The notes: generated from the sequence alone by a model not told the origin. Shown: positions 10,702-20,034, numbered from the stretch's first letter. The stretch: 64,000 bases of DNA from an uncultured Syntrophus sp. (GCA_964571695.1 CAZNDG010000008.1:15492-79491); one strand, 5' to 3'. Made by a program: numbers and translations.

Positions 10702-10822
10702 TCCTCAATCGATGAACAAGGAAAAATTAATTGTTGACCTTTGCCGCCCTTTTTGATTAAAAGGCAAAAAAACCGGCCGCTCCTGAGGCCATAAAGGCAC
10801 TAAAATTACGGGGGTATTTACC

Positions 10823-11653
10823 TTGAAGATTTTCTTGCGGTTCCTCTTGATCCTGGGGTTGTTCGTGCCCTTCAGCGGCTGTGCCACTACCGGGGATCTC
10901 CAGCGCGTGCAGGGGAGCCTGGGCAACAAGATCGGCGATCACGATTCGGAGATCTCAGAATTGAGTGAACAGGCGGCAGCGAACAAGAAGGCCGTCGATG
11001 AACTGCGTACGAAACAGGCCGACGTGAATGCGGACATCACGGTTATTCGTGAACAGCTTCAACAACTCCGGGGCGCCGTGGATCAACTCCAGAAGGAGAT
11101 GGCGGACATCCGGAGCCGGGCGGTGGAAACCAAGGAGTTGAAGGAAAAGCTCGATCAGACATCCTTTAAGATAAATTTTATCGAGAACTTTCTCGGGATC
11201 GGCAAGAAGGATGAACGGACGGCCGGGAATGCGGAGAAACACCACAAAAATCAAGGGAAAAACGGCGTCAAGGCCAAGACGGACAAGGAGTCCCTCTATG
11301 CCGCCGCTTACGACTTGTACAAGGAGGGTAAATACGAAAGGGCTCGAGGAGAATTCCAGCATTTTCTGAAGGCCTTTCCTCAAACGGAATATTCGGGGAA
11401 CGCCCAGTTCTGGATCGGGGAATGCTACTATTTCGAAAAAAGCTACGAAAAGGCCATCCTGGAATATGAAAAGGTTATCAAGAACTATCCGGAAGGCAAC
11501 AAGGTCCCCCAGGCCCTGTTGAAACAGGGGCTTTCCTTTCTGGAACTGGGAGACAAGGCGAGCGCCAGACTGATCCTCCAGAATGTCATCAAGGACTATC
11601 CGAACACAAGTCAGGCCCGGGTGGCCCGTTCCAAGCTCCTGGAAATTAAATAG
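10823..11653 (+). CDS. cpoB: Tol-Pal system protein YbgF/CpoB (coiled coil plus TPR lipoprotein)
   Basis: TTG start, lipobox FSGC, long coiled coil, C-terminal TPR block (YDLYKEGKYERARGEFQHFLKAFPQTEYSGNAQFWIGECYY). Follows tolB. Confidence 0.75.
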   Translation: MKIFLRFLLILGLFVPFSGCATTGDLQRVQGSLGNKIGDHDSEISELSEQAAANKKAVDELRTKQADVNADITVIREQLQQLRGAVDQLQKEMADIRSRAVETKELKEKLDQTSFKINFIENFLGIGKKDERTAGNAEKHHKNQGKNGVKAKTDKESLYAAAYDLYKEGKYERARGEFQHFLKAFPQTEYSGNAQFWIGECYYFEKSYEKAILEYEKVIKNYPEGNKVPQALLKQGLSFLELGDKASARLILQNVIKDYPNTSQARVARSKLLEIK

Positions 11654-11796
11654 GACGACATCGTAAAAAGTCCATATGCAGCGTCGCGCTTCATCTTTCG
11701 TCACTGCGACGCACGCACAAGTAGCCCTCATTCCTCAGAATTCGCACGCCTTGCCTCTGGAGTTTTTTACTTAGCCGTCTTCATGTTGACTTCTTG

Positions 11797-11962
11797 AGAG
11801 CTTTGCATAACTGCGGAAAAATGGTTCGCAAGCGGCGAATCAAATGTTTTTCGCGGTTGCGTGATTGAACTTAACGATTGGTAATGAATAAGGTTTATAC
11901 GTTACCCATTCAGAGGCGAAAAAGATTTCTGAGCCGCGGCGAAGCCATTTTTCAAAGGTCTC
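11797..11962 (+). mobile_element. 166-bp palindromic MITE-like element, copy A
   Basis: 160/166 identical, gap-free, to the reverse complement of 62623-62788, and 145/166 to 27163-27328 (hand alignment). Flanked by TTCTTG at 11791-11796 and 11963-11968. Intergenic between the convergent cpoB and lipoprotein genes. Confidence 0.75.
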
Positions 11963-11997
11963 TTCTTGTGAATTCATTGAATAGGATGACGGGATAA

Positions 11998-12810
11998 TTA
12001 TTCCAGTTTTTTCACCTTCGCGCCCGGGGGAACGGGGAGGTCAAACAACTCCGCCCCGGCGGCGGTCATCGTTTCCAGTGTTACGCTTTCGTACTCCATA
12101 ACCAAGGTTTGCGCCTCCTCCCCCTTCATCTTGACCCGGATCCTCTGGGGCATAGGCGCGCCGTCCACCGGGGCGTAGGCGTCGAAATATACGTTCAGGG
12201 CATCATCTCCGCCATTTTCGGCCGTCTGCTCGCAGCGGCGCAGATAACCAGTTTCCCCATCTATCCAGAGGGACTGCCGGATCCGGCGGTCTCGGGAGGA
12301 GATGTCGAGGCGGTAAGCCGCTCCTTCATGAAAACCTTCCACCCGCTGCGGTTCCACCACCGGAAATGCCGGGCGGCCGCCCGTCAGGAGTGAAACCAGA
12401 TCGCTCACAGTTAGGGAGAGGGGAAAAAAACGGGCAAGGTTTTCCGGAACGGCCGCGCCGGTGTAGTATTCCCCCGTTCCGGGCAGATACACGGCGAGCC
12501 GCCCGGCGTGGGCCGCCAGAAAAAAATTTGGCAAGCCGATCACCGGAATGGCCTCGAGCCGCAGAGAATCCGGTTTCCAGGCCAGGATGGCGAGCTTGAG
12601 GGGATACCGTCCCGTCTCCGTGATTACCGCGATTTCCGCTATGGCCTTGAGGAGACGCCTATCCCGCGACCGAAGGTCGAGGCGGGCCAATGCCTCTTCC
12701 GGGTTGAGGTTGATAGCTTCCCCCGGTTTTGACGTTCCGGTATCGTGGGCGCAGCCTCCGGCAATAAGAGAAAAGAACAGGAATAAGGATAAGATTCGGA
12801 TCCTGATCAT
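11998..12810 (-). CDS. outer-membrane lipoprotein, LolB-like/DUF4292-type
   Basis: Lipobox LIAGGC. About 270-aa soluble beta-rich domain. Overlaps the stop of the upstream TPR gene, a pairing commonly seen for DUF4292 proteins. Confidence 0.5.
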   Translation of the reverse strand: MIRIRILSLFLFFSLIAGGCAHDTGTSKPGEAINLNPEEALARLDLRSRDRRLLKAIAEIAVITETGRYPLKLAILAWKPDSLRLEAIPVIGLPNFFLAAHAGRLAVYLPGTGEYYTGAAVPENLARFFPLSLTVSDLVSLLTGGRPAFPVVEPQRVEGFHEGAAYRLDISSRDRRIRQSLWIDGETGYLRRCEQTAENGGDDALNVYFDAYAPVDGAPMPQRIRVKMKGEEAQTLVMEYESVTLETMTAAGAELFDLPVPPGAKVKKLE

Positions 12811-14480
12811 TTATCCTTCAGGGCGTCGATCTTCCGGGGCAGGGTGGTGCTGGTGGGATTGATCTTCAATGCCCGCTGGTAGGCGGCGAGGGCCTCCTGC
12901 CGGCGGCCGGCTTCCAGATAGGCGTCGCCGAGATGCTCGGCGATGGCGCCGTCTTCAGGGAGGATGAGTGCCGCCTCCTGGAGATACTTGAGGGCCAGTT
13001 CGATCCGGTTCTGTTTGAAGTATGTCCAGCCGAGGCTGTCGATGATGTAGCCGTTGCCGGGCTTGAGCTGCAAGGCCTTGAGAATCAGTTTTTCCGCTTC
13101 ACCAAGATGCATTCCCCGGTCGGCGTAACTGTAACCGATGAAGTTCAGAGCGTCGGCGTGTTCGGGATCGATCTTCAGGATGGTCCGCATCTGCTGAATG
13201 CTCGCTTCGAAGCGGTCCGTCTTTTCGTACAGCACCCCCAGGCTATAGCTTAGATCGGTATTCTCCGGCAGTATCACCATCCCCTCCTTGAGGATCCGTT
13301 CCGCACCCATCCGATCCTGCTGAGCTTCATACAGCGAGGATAGAACCACGTAAAAGCCGGGGACATCCCTTTTCACCTTGATGGCCTGTTCGAGAACGGT
13401 GATCGCGTCCGAAATTTTCCCCTCCTTCTTCCTGATCATGGCGATACGGATCCGGGCGCTGCCGTATAGATCCGAGTTGGGAGGCATCTTCTCCAGGATG
13501 GCGAGTGCCGGGGCGTAGAGCCTTTTTTCCTCGTAAGCCGTCGCCTGCAGATAGGCGTAGCGTTGATCGGCGGGGTATCTCCGGGCCAATTTTTGGAAGG
13601 TGGCCGCCGCCTGGTCGTAACGCCCGCTCTCGATGAAAAGCAGCCCCAGGGTAAGCAGCACCTCCCGGTTATCGGGATCCGACCGGAGGATACGCTGGAA
13701 TTCTTTTTCCGCCTCCGCGTATCGCTTTTCCCGCAGATACATTTCCCCGAGTTTGATGCGGACATGGAGCTTGTCGGGATGGAGGAAGAGATAATCCTTG
13801 AAGGTGTCGATGGCCAAGGAAGTCTGCCGCTGTTTTTCATACGCCAGGGCCAGGTCGATCAGCGCGGCCTCGAAGTTCGGCCGGATTTCCAGCGTCTTTT
13901 TGAGCATTTTTTCCGCGCCCTGGTAATTCTTCATCTCCATGAACACCCTGGCTTCGTAGTAGGCGGCCATGAGGTGCTGGGGGTCCAGGCGCAGCACCTG
14001 TTCGAACATGGCGATCGCTTCCGGGTATTGCTTGGCATCCCCGTATATGACCCCCAGGTAAAACGGTGCGGAGACGTTCCGGGGCTCCTGGCGGACCACC
14101 TGCTTGTAGATCTCCACGGCCCGGGGGTAATTTTTGTCGTTCATATACAGGCCGGCCAGGATGAGGTTCAGATCCACATGGTCCGGATGATCCTTGCGGA
14201 CCTGTTCGCAGAGGTGGATCGCCTTGGCGGCTTCCCCTTTTTCCACATACGCGGCCGCCAGATCGATGGCGATTTCCGGCGCCGCCGGATCGTAGCGCCG
14301 GGCCTTTTCGAATTCCTTGATCGCCTCCTGCGGGTTTTCGTCCAGCATGTGCAGGACGCCCAGGGAATAATGATAGGCGGCCAGATGACCAGGACGGTTT
14401 TTCCCGTACAGGTCCGGCGCCGCGCCGAGGATCATCGACAAGAAAACGAGATAAACGGCGGCCTTGGAAATAGGGTTCAT
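12807..14480 (-). CDS. periplasmic tetratricopeptide-repeat (TPR) protein
   Basis: Signal peptide followed by more than 10 consecutive 34-aa TPR units (e.g. AIHLCEQVRKDHPDHVDLNLILAGLY, YEEALAAYQRALKINP). Confidence 0.75.
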   Translation of the reverse strand: MNPISKAAVYLVFLSMILGAAPDLYGKNRPGHLAAYHYSLGVLHMLDENPQEAIKEFEKARRYDPAAPEIAIDLAAAYVEKGEAAKAIHLCEQVRKDHPDHVDLNLILAGLYMNDKNYPRAVEIYKQVVRQEPRNVSAPFYLGVIYGDAKQYPEAIAMFEQVLRLDPQHLMAAYYEARVFMEMKNYQGAEKMLKKTLEIRPNFEAALIDLALAYEKQRQTSLAIDTFKDYLFLHPDKLHVRIKLGEMYLREKRYAEAEKEFQRILRSDPDNREVLLTLGLLFIESGRYDQAAATFQKLARRYPADQRYAYLQATAYEEKRLYAPALAILEKMPPNSDLYGSARIRIAMIRKKEGKISDAITVLEQAIKVKRDVPGFYVVLSSLYEAQQDRMGAERILKEGMVILPENTDLSYSLGVLYEKTDRFEASIQQMRTILKIDPEHADALNFIGYSYADRGMHLGEAEKLILKALQLKPGNGYIIDSLGWTYFKQNRIELALKYLQEAALILPEDGAIAEHLGDAYLEAGRRQEALAAYQRALKINPTSTTLPRKIDALKDK

Positions 14481-14491
14481 GGCGTTCCGGT

Positions 14492-15871
14492 TCAGTTTTT
14501 GACGAGGTTCTTCTTGAAAATATCCCAGCTCTTCAGCATGTCCACGGCGGCCTTGAGCTGGTTGTCCGCGTTGACATCGCCGAAGGGTCTTTTGAGCGGC
14601 AGATCTTTACGGATCTCATTGTTTTTCAAGCGCTTCTGCAATAGTTCCCCTTCCCGGTCCGGCTCTTCACCGGGCTTTGCCTGCTCCTGGGCGGATTTGA
14701 TATGTCCTTTCAAGTCCTTTTCCCGAATCGGTTCGTGATCTTCATCCTCGCCGTTGCTCCCCGGGCGGATATACTTGACGGTCACATCCGGGGCGATGCC
14801 TTCCGCCTGGATGGAACGTCCCTTGGGGGTATAGTAACGGGCCGTGGTCAACTTCAACGCCGAGCCGTCTTCCAGGGGGATAACCGTCTGTACGGAGCCC
14901 TTGCCGAAGGTCTGGGTGCCCAGGATCAAAGCGCGGCCGTTATCCTGGAGGGCTCCGGAAACGATCTCGGCGGCGCTGGCCGTCCCCTCGTTGACCATGA
15001 CGATCATGGGGGCGGTGAACTCGTCGCTCTTGTCCCGGGCGCTGACCTTGCTCTCCATTCCCTTGGCGCGTCCCTTGGTCGAGACGATGCCGCCGGACTT
15101 GAGGAATATGTCCGAGACCTCGATGGATTGATTCAGAAGGCCGCCGGGATTGTTGCGCAAATCGAGGACAATCCCCTTCAGCGGCTCTTTTTTCGCCGTC
15201 ATCTCCCGGAGGGCTTTTTTCAGGTCGTCGGCGGTCTTGTCCTGGAAAGAGGAGACCCGGACATAGCCGATCCCGTCGTCGAGTAATTTGTGTTTGACGC
15301 TGACGACCTTGATGATCGCCCGGGTGATGACGAATTCGCGGAGCTTGGTTTCATTGCCCCGCAATACGGAAATGGTTACCTTCGTCCCTTTCTCGCCCCG
15401 GAGGCGTTTCACCGCGTCCATGATGGTTATGTCCTTGGTGGATTTCCCGTCGATCATCATGATCTTGTCTCCGGATTTGACGCCCGCCTGGAAGGCCGGG
15501 GTGTCTTCGATGGGGGAAACGACGGTGAGGACGTCCTTATGGATGGTTATTTCGATGCCGATTCCGCCGAAACTGCCCCGGGTCTCCAGCTCCAGTTCCT
15601 TGTACATCTCCGGGGTCATGAAACTGCTGTGGGGATCGAGATTCTTGATCATCCCGTTTATTGCGCCTTGCAGCAGGTTCTTGGCATCCACCGGCTCCAC
15701 GTAATTCTTTTCTACAATATCGAGAACTTCCGTGAAATTCTTTAGATTTTTGTAGATGGAACGGTCCAGGGCCGCGGAAACCTGGCTGTTCAGATACGGG
15801 CCGGCAATTAACGCTAGGGCGGCGATTCCCAGGATCGCCACCCCGAAATAGACGGCAAATCTCTTCTTCAT
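14492..15871 (-). CDS. ctpA: carboxy-terminal processing protease (peptidase S41A, PDZ domain)
   Basis: PDZ segment (GIGIEITIHKDVLTVVSPIEDTPAFQAGVKSGDKI), catalytic NEGTASAAEI (Ser) and TFGKGSVQ (Lys) motifs. Trimmed to the MKKRF start. Confidence 0.85.
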   Translation of the reverse strand: MKKRFAVYFGVAILGIAALALIAGPYLNSQVSAALDRSIYKNLKNFTEVLDIVEKNYVEPVDAKNLLQGAINGMIKNLDPHSSFMTPEMYKELELETRGSFGGIGIEITIHKDVLTVVSPIEDTPAFQAGVKSGDKIMMIDGKSTKDITIMDAVKRLRGEKGTKVTISVLRGNETKLREFVITRAIIKVVSVKHKLLDDGIGYVRVSSFQDKTADDLKKALREMTAKKEPLKGIVLDLRNNPGGLLNQSIEVSDIFLKSGGIVSTKGRAKGMESKVSARDKSDEFTAPMIVMVNEGTASAAEIVSGALQDNGRALILGTQTFGKGSVQTVIPLEDGSALKLTTARYYTPKGRSIQAEGIAPDVTVKYIRPGSNGEDEDHEPIREKDLKGHIKSAQEQAKPGEEPDREGELLQKRLKNNEIRKDLPLKRPFGDVNADNQLKAAVDMLKSWDIFKKNLVKN

Positions 15872-16043
15872 TCGTCTCTTCCTCCACCCGCAAGTGGGAT
15901 GCCCGCCCATAATTGCCGTCCCCGGACATGCTCATCATGTACGGAGCGGAAGGCCGGCGCATCCCCTTAAGGGTAAAATGATTTACCCCTCTCCATACCA
16001 TGCTTTGCGGGAAAAATGCCATAATTATTGGGATGAATGTTTG

Positions 16044-16988
16044 CTATGTCAAAAGGGCGGCGACGGTTTTCCGGAGGGATTCGCCGTCACCGGCGTAGAG
16101 GAGGCGGGGCCGCCGGTCGATATTCTTGACCAGTCCGGAAAGGACCCGCCGGGGGCCGATTTCCACGAAGGTCGTTACGCCCTTGGAGATCAGCATCTCC
16201 ACTGTTTCCTGCCAGCGCACCGGCGAGATCATCTGCATCTTCAGCAACTCCCGGGACGCCGCCGGAGAATGTTCCCGCCGGGGATCGTAATTGGGGATGA
16301 CCGGCAGGCGGGGAGGATGAAAGGCGATCTGTTCCAAATCGGTGCGGAAAAGTTCGGCCGCCGCGGCGAGGAGCCGGGAATGACAGGGAACGCTGATGGG
16401 GAGGGGGACGAACTTCTTGATCCCCTTTTGGGCGGCCGCCTCCCCCACCCGGGCAACGGCCCGGACATCTCCCGAGATGACGATCTGGTTCGGGGCGTTG
16501 AGGTTGGCCAGATCCAGGGTTTCACCGGTCAGGACGCATTCGCGGCAGACCGCCGCCGTTTCTCCGCCGGTGAGACCCAGGATGGCGGCCATGGCCCCGC
16601 GTCCGGGAGGAAGGGCCTCCTGGTGTCGTTTCGCCCGGGCCTGGACAATGGTTACCGCATCTTTTAGAGTCAGCGCCCCCGCGGCATAGAGCGCGCTGTA
16701 CTCGCCCAGACTGTGTCCGGCCGCCGCGATCGGATCGATCTCTCCCGCCTGTTCCCGGAAGAGGGTATAGACCCCTATTTCGAAGGCCAGAACCGCCAGT
16801 TGGGTGTTAACCGTCTGATCCAGATCTTCCTGAGGGCCCTCCAGGCAGAGCCGGGCGATGTCCACTCCCGTGATCTCCCGAACCCGGGACAGGACCTCCC
16901 GGTAGGCGGGGCAGTCCCGGTGGAAATCCGCACCCATGCCGACGAACTGGGATCCCTGTCCCGGAAAGATGAGTGCCCATTTTTCCAT
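16044..16988 (-). CDS. fabD: malonyl CoA-acyl carrier protein transacylase
   Basis: IFPGQGSQFVGMG, AGHSLGEYSAL (active-site Ser) and VPCHSRLL motifs. ATG 16988 preceded by GGAGGAGAG. Confidence 0.85.
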   Translation of the reverse strand: MEKWALIFPGQGSQFVGMGADFHRDCPAYREVLSRVREITGVDIARLCLEGPQEDLDQTVNTQLAVLAFEIGVYTLFREQAGEIDPIAAAGHSLGEYSALYAAGALTLKDAVTIVQARAKRHQEALPPGRGAMAAILGLTGGETAAVCRECVLTGETLDLANLNAPNQIVISGDVRAVARVGEAAAQKGIKKFVPLPISVPCHSRLLAAAAELFRTDLEQIAFHPPRLPVIPNYDPRREHSPAASRELLKMQMISPVRWQETVEMLISKGVTTFVEIGPRRVLSGLVKNIDRRPRLLYAGDGESLRKTVAALLT

Positions 16989-17034
16989 TACGGATCTCTC
17001 CTCCGGTTCTCGATACCGGATCTCCTCACGGCGT

Positions 17035-18681
17035 TCATTCGTGGACATAGATACCCGGCGCCCGATCCCGGGGCGGGTATTTCCGGTTTCCCAGAGGCGG
17101 GGGCGGCCGCCGGGAGTTGTCGTGCTGGCTCAGCCAGGCGGTCCAGTCCGGCCACCAGGAGCCGCGCCTTTCCTCCTGCCGGCGGAGCCAGGCCTCGGGT
17201 TCCTCCGGGAGCTCCGCCTCCCCGCTCCAGTATTTACGCCGCGATCCCTCGGAGTGGGGGTTGATGATCCCGGTGATGTGCCCCTCGCTGGAGAGGACAA
17301 AGCGGCGTCGGCCCGCAACGATCCCGCAGGTGCGAAAGGCGCCGCGCCAGGGGCAGATATGGTCAAGTTGGGTTCCCACGGCGTAGAGGGGCTGTACGAC
17401 CCTGCCCATATCGATGGGACGTTCCCCCAGGGTCAAGGCGTCGCTTTTGGCGAGATTGTTGTGGAGGTAGAACTCCCGGAGATAGTAGGAGCACATGGCC
17501 TCGGGCAGGCGGGTGCTGTCGCTGTTCCAGAAGAGCATGTCGGACTTCGGGGAGGCGGCCCCGTAAAGATAGTTCTGAATATAGTTTCTCCAGATCAGGT
17601 TGTCGGCGCCGAGGATCCGGAAGATCCAGCTCAGGTACCGGGCATCGAGGAATCCGTCCATTTTCATGAGGGCCTCGGTGGCGGCGAGGGAGCGGTCGCT
17701 GATGAAAACCCCCAGATCCCCCGGTTCACTGAAATCCACCAGGGTCGAAAACAGCGTCCAGTCCGCCACCGGCCCGGGGCTTTTCCTCCGTTGGCCCCGG
17801 TTGAGCCAGGCCATGAGGGCCGCCAGGGCCGTGCCGCCGATGCAGTACCCAGCCGCGTGGACCTGGGGACTCCGGCAGATGTGCCGCGCCGCCGCCACCG
17901 CCGCCAGCGCCCCGGCAAACATGTAATCGGAGAAGGCAACCTCCCGCATGGCCTCCGTCGGATTCTTCCAACTGATAGTGAAGACGGTAAACCCCTGATC
18001 CCGTAGATAACGGACCAGGCTGGTCTGGGGGGTCAGATCGAAGATGTAGTACTTGTTGATCCAGGGAGGGATCAGAACCACCGGGAGGGTATAGGTCGTT
18101 TCCGTGGCGGCTTCGTACTGGATGAGTTCCATGATCTCGTTGCGAAAAACCACGGCGCCGGGGGTAATGGCGATATTTTCCCCCACCCGAAAGGCCGTCT
18201 CGTCGGTGATACGGGAGAGATAATCCCCCCTGCTCAGGTCTTCCCAGGCCCGGCCCAGCCCCTGCATGAGACTGGCGCCCCCGGTTTCGAGGAACTTTTT
18301 CATGGCCGCGGGATTGGTCCAGAAGAAATTCGGCGGCGCCATGGCGCTCAAGATCTGTTGGATCCAGAAACGGGCCCGTTGCCGGTCCCGGTCGTTGAGG
18401 TCCCGGGTCAACTCCACCAACTCCCGGAGCCAGATGTCCAGAATGGCATGAAAGCGCCGGTTTAATTTTGCGTTCTTCCGGACGTATTCGAGGAAGACCT
18501 CGCCGGCGTTTTCCTTGTCCTCCGCCGGCAGCTCCGAGGACAGGAGGTGGGGAAACTCTTCCCGGGTCGCCTCCTCCAGACGCCGGAAGAGATCGATGAC
18601 CCGCTCATTCGTCTCTTCCGAGCGGTCCAGCCAGGAACGCTGGACATTCCAGAGGGAAGTCAAAATATCCAGGGGGTCCAT
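17035..18681 (-). CDS. phaC: class I-type poly(R)-hydroxyalkanoate synthase homolog (alpha/beta hydrolase)
   Basis: PPWINKYYIFDL motif and lipase-box GYCIGGT with a Cys nucleophile. PhaC-type N-terminal region. 548 aa. Confidence 0.7.
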   Translation of the reverse strand: MDPLDILTSLWNVQRSWLDRSEETNERVIDLFRRLEEATREEFPHLLSSELPAEDKENAGEVFLEYVRKNAKLNRRFHAILDIWLRELVELTRDLNDRDRQRARFWIQQILSAMAPPNFFWTNPAAMKKFLETGGASLMQGLGRAWEDLSRGDYLSRITDETAFRVGENIAITPGAVVFRNEIMELIQYEAATETTYTLPVVLIPPWINKYYIFDLTPQTSLVRYLRDQGFTVFTISWKNPTEAMREVAFSDYMFAGALAAVAAARHICRSPQVHAAGYCIGGTALAALMAWLNRGQRRKSPGPVADWTLFSTLVDFSEPGDLGVFISDRSLAATEALMKMDGFLDARYLSWIFRILGADNLIWRNYIQNYLYGAASPKSDMLFWNSDSTRLPEAMCSYYLREFYLHNNLAKSDALTLGERPIDMGRVVQPLYAVGTQLDHICPWRGAFRTCGIVAGRRRFVLSSEGHITGIINPHSEGSRRKYWSGEAELPEEPEAWLRRQEERRGSWWPDWTAWLSQHDNSRRPPPPLGNRKYPPRDRAPGIYVHE

Positions 18682-18683
18682 CT

Positions 18684-18950
18684 TCAGGCCCTCTTCTCTC
18701 CCCCGGCGTCAAGCTTTTCAGGGTTTTCGATACGGGCGGCAATCTCCCCGAGGGTGGCGTCCTCGCCGAAGAGGTCAAGGGGGATGGTGACATTGAAGGT
18801 TTCCGCGATAAAATTCTGCAGGTTCACCGCCGCCATGGAATCGAAATCGGGGATGTCCCCCAGACGGGTTTCCGCATCGATGACCATTCCTTCCGTTTCC
18901 GGGAAAAGGTCTTCTATGCCCGTCCTGAGTTTCTTTAACGTATCGGTCAT
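18684..18950 (-). CDS. acyl/peptidyl carrier protein (phosphopantetheine-binding)
   Basis: 88 aa, acidic, with DFDSMAAVNL (a DSx attachment-site Ser at the start of helix II). Only 2 nt separate it from phaC. Confidence 0.65.
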   Translation of the reverse strand: MTDTLKKLRTGIEDLFPETEGMVIDAETRLGDIPDFDSMAAVNLQNFIAETFNVTIPLDLFGEDATLGEIAARIENPEKLDAGGEKRA

Positions 18951-18981
18951 GCCTTTACCTCCTTTTGGATATGTTCCTTAC

Positions 18982-19962
18982 TCAGATCCGGATCAGATTG
19001 GCTCCCCAGGACAAGCCGCCGCCGAAGGCCGCGGTGATCACCAGATCCCCCGGGCCGACAACGCCCTCCGTCCGGGCCTCGTCCAGGGCGATGAGGACCG
19101 AGGCGCTGGCGGTGTTCCCGTAGCGGTCCAGATTTACATAGAATCTTTCCCGTGGGACGTCAAGGATGTCGGCGATGCCCCAGAGGATGTGAATGTTCGC
19201 CTGATGGCACAGGAAGCATTTGATCTCTCTCAGCGCGACGCCGGCCGCCGCCGCGGCCTGGCGGATAACCAGGGGGCCTTTGTCGAGGGTGAAGTTGAAC
19301 ACCTCCTCCCCCTTCATGCGGAAATACGCCGCCCGGGGGTTGGTGATCTTTCCGTAGGGCATCATGGCCCCGCCGCCGGGGACGCAGATCGTTTCACTGC
19401 GGCTGCCGTCGGTGCCCAAAACGGAGTTGAGCACCCCGCGGGCGGCTTCTTCCCGGCCCTGCAGCAGCACCGCCCCCGCCCCGTCTCCGAAATAGGGGTA
19501 GGTGGAGAAATCCTTACGGTTGAGGATCCGGGAATAGGTCTCCGCGGCCACAAAGAGGATGTTTTCGTACTGCCCCGTCCGAATCAGGGCGTCGGCGAGG
19601 TGGAGGCCATAGGTGCTGCCCGCGCATACGGAATTGATATCGAAGGCGAAGGAGCTCCGGGCTCCGAGGAGGTGCTGGAGGCGAGTGGCCGTGGCCGGCT
19701 GGATGCGGTCGGGGGAGGAGGTGGAAAGTATGATCCCCTTGACGTCGGCGGCCGGGAAGGAGATCTTCTCCAGACAGGACCGGGCCGCCTCGAGGGCGAG
19801 GTCGGAGGTGGTCTGATGTTCTCCGGCGTGCCGCCGCGCCTGGACCCCGGTTTTGCTGCCGATCAGGGCCTGGGCCTCCCGGGAAAACTGGGTGAGCCCC
19901 TCGTTGGGAATGACGGTCTCCGGCAGGTAGGAACCGGTGGAGGCAATGACGCCTCTTTTCAT
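18982..19962 (-). CDS. 3-oxoacyl-ACP synthase III (FabH-like KAS III)
   Basis: Cys-His-Asn triad contexts present: DINSVCAGSTYGL, FLCHQANIHIL, RYGNTASASV. Trimmed to the MKRGVIAS start, which has a GGGGGAAAG SD. Confidence 0.8.
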   Translation of the reverse strand: MKRGVIASTGSYLPETVIPNEGLTQFSREAQALIGSKTGVQARRHAGEHQTTSDLALEAARSCLEKISFPAADVKGIILSTSSPDRIQPATATRLQHLLGARSSFAFDINSVCAGSTYGLHLADALIRTGQYENILFVAAETYSRILNRKDFSTYPYFGDGAGAVLLQGREEAARGVLNSVLGTDGSRSETICVPGGGAMMPYGKITNPRAAYFRMKGEEVFNFTLDKGPLVIRQAAAAAGVALREIKCFLCHQANIHILWGIADILDVPRERFYVNLDRYGNTASASVLIALDEARTEGVVGPGDLVITAAFGGGLSWGANLIRI

Positions 19963-20034
19963 ATCGCTTTCCCCCGCTTTTTGATTGAGGAAGATCTCTA
20001 TCACAGAGCGGAAAATCCTGTCAAAAAAAACCCT

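Noticed and set aside
11821-11868. 15-17 codon basic mini-ORF (MVRKRRIKCF...) present in all three MITE copies
   Set aside because: The conservation is explained by the element arms: the opposite arm gives a similar pseudo-ORF on the other strand. The SD is weak, the C-termini and stop positions differ between copies, and the substitutions include R-to-H and R-to-P.
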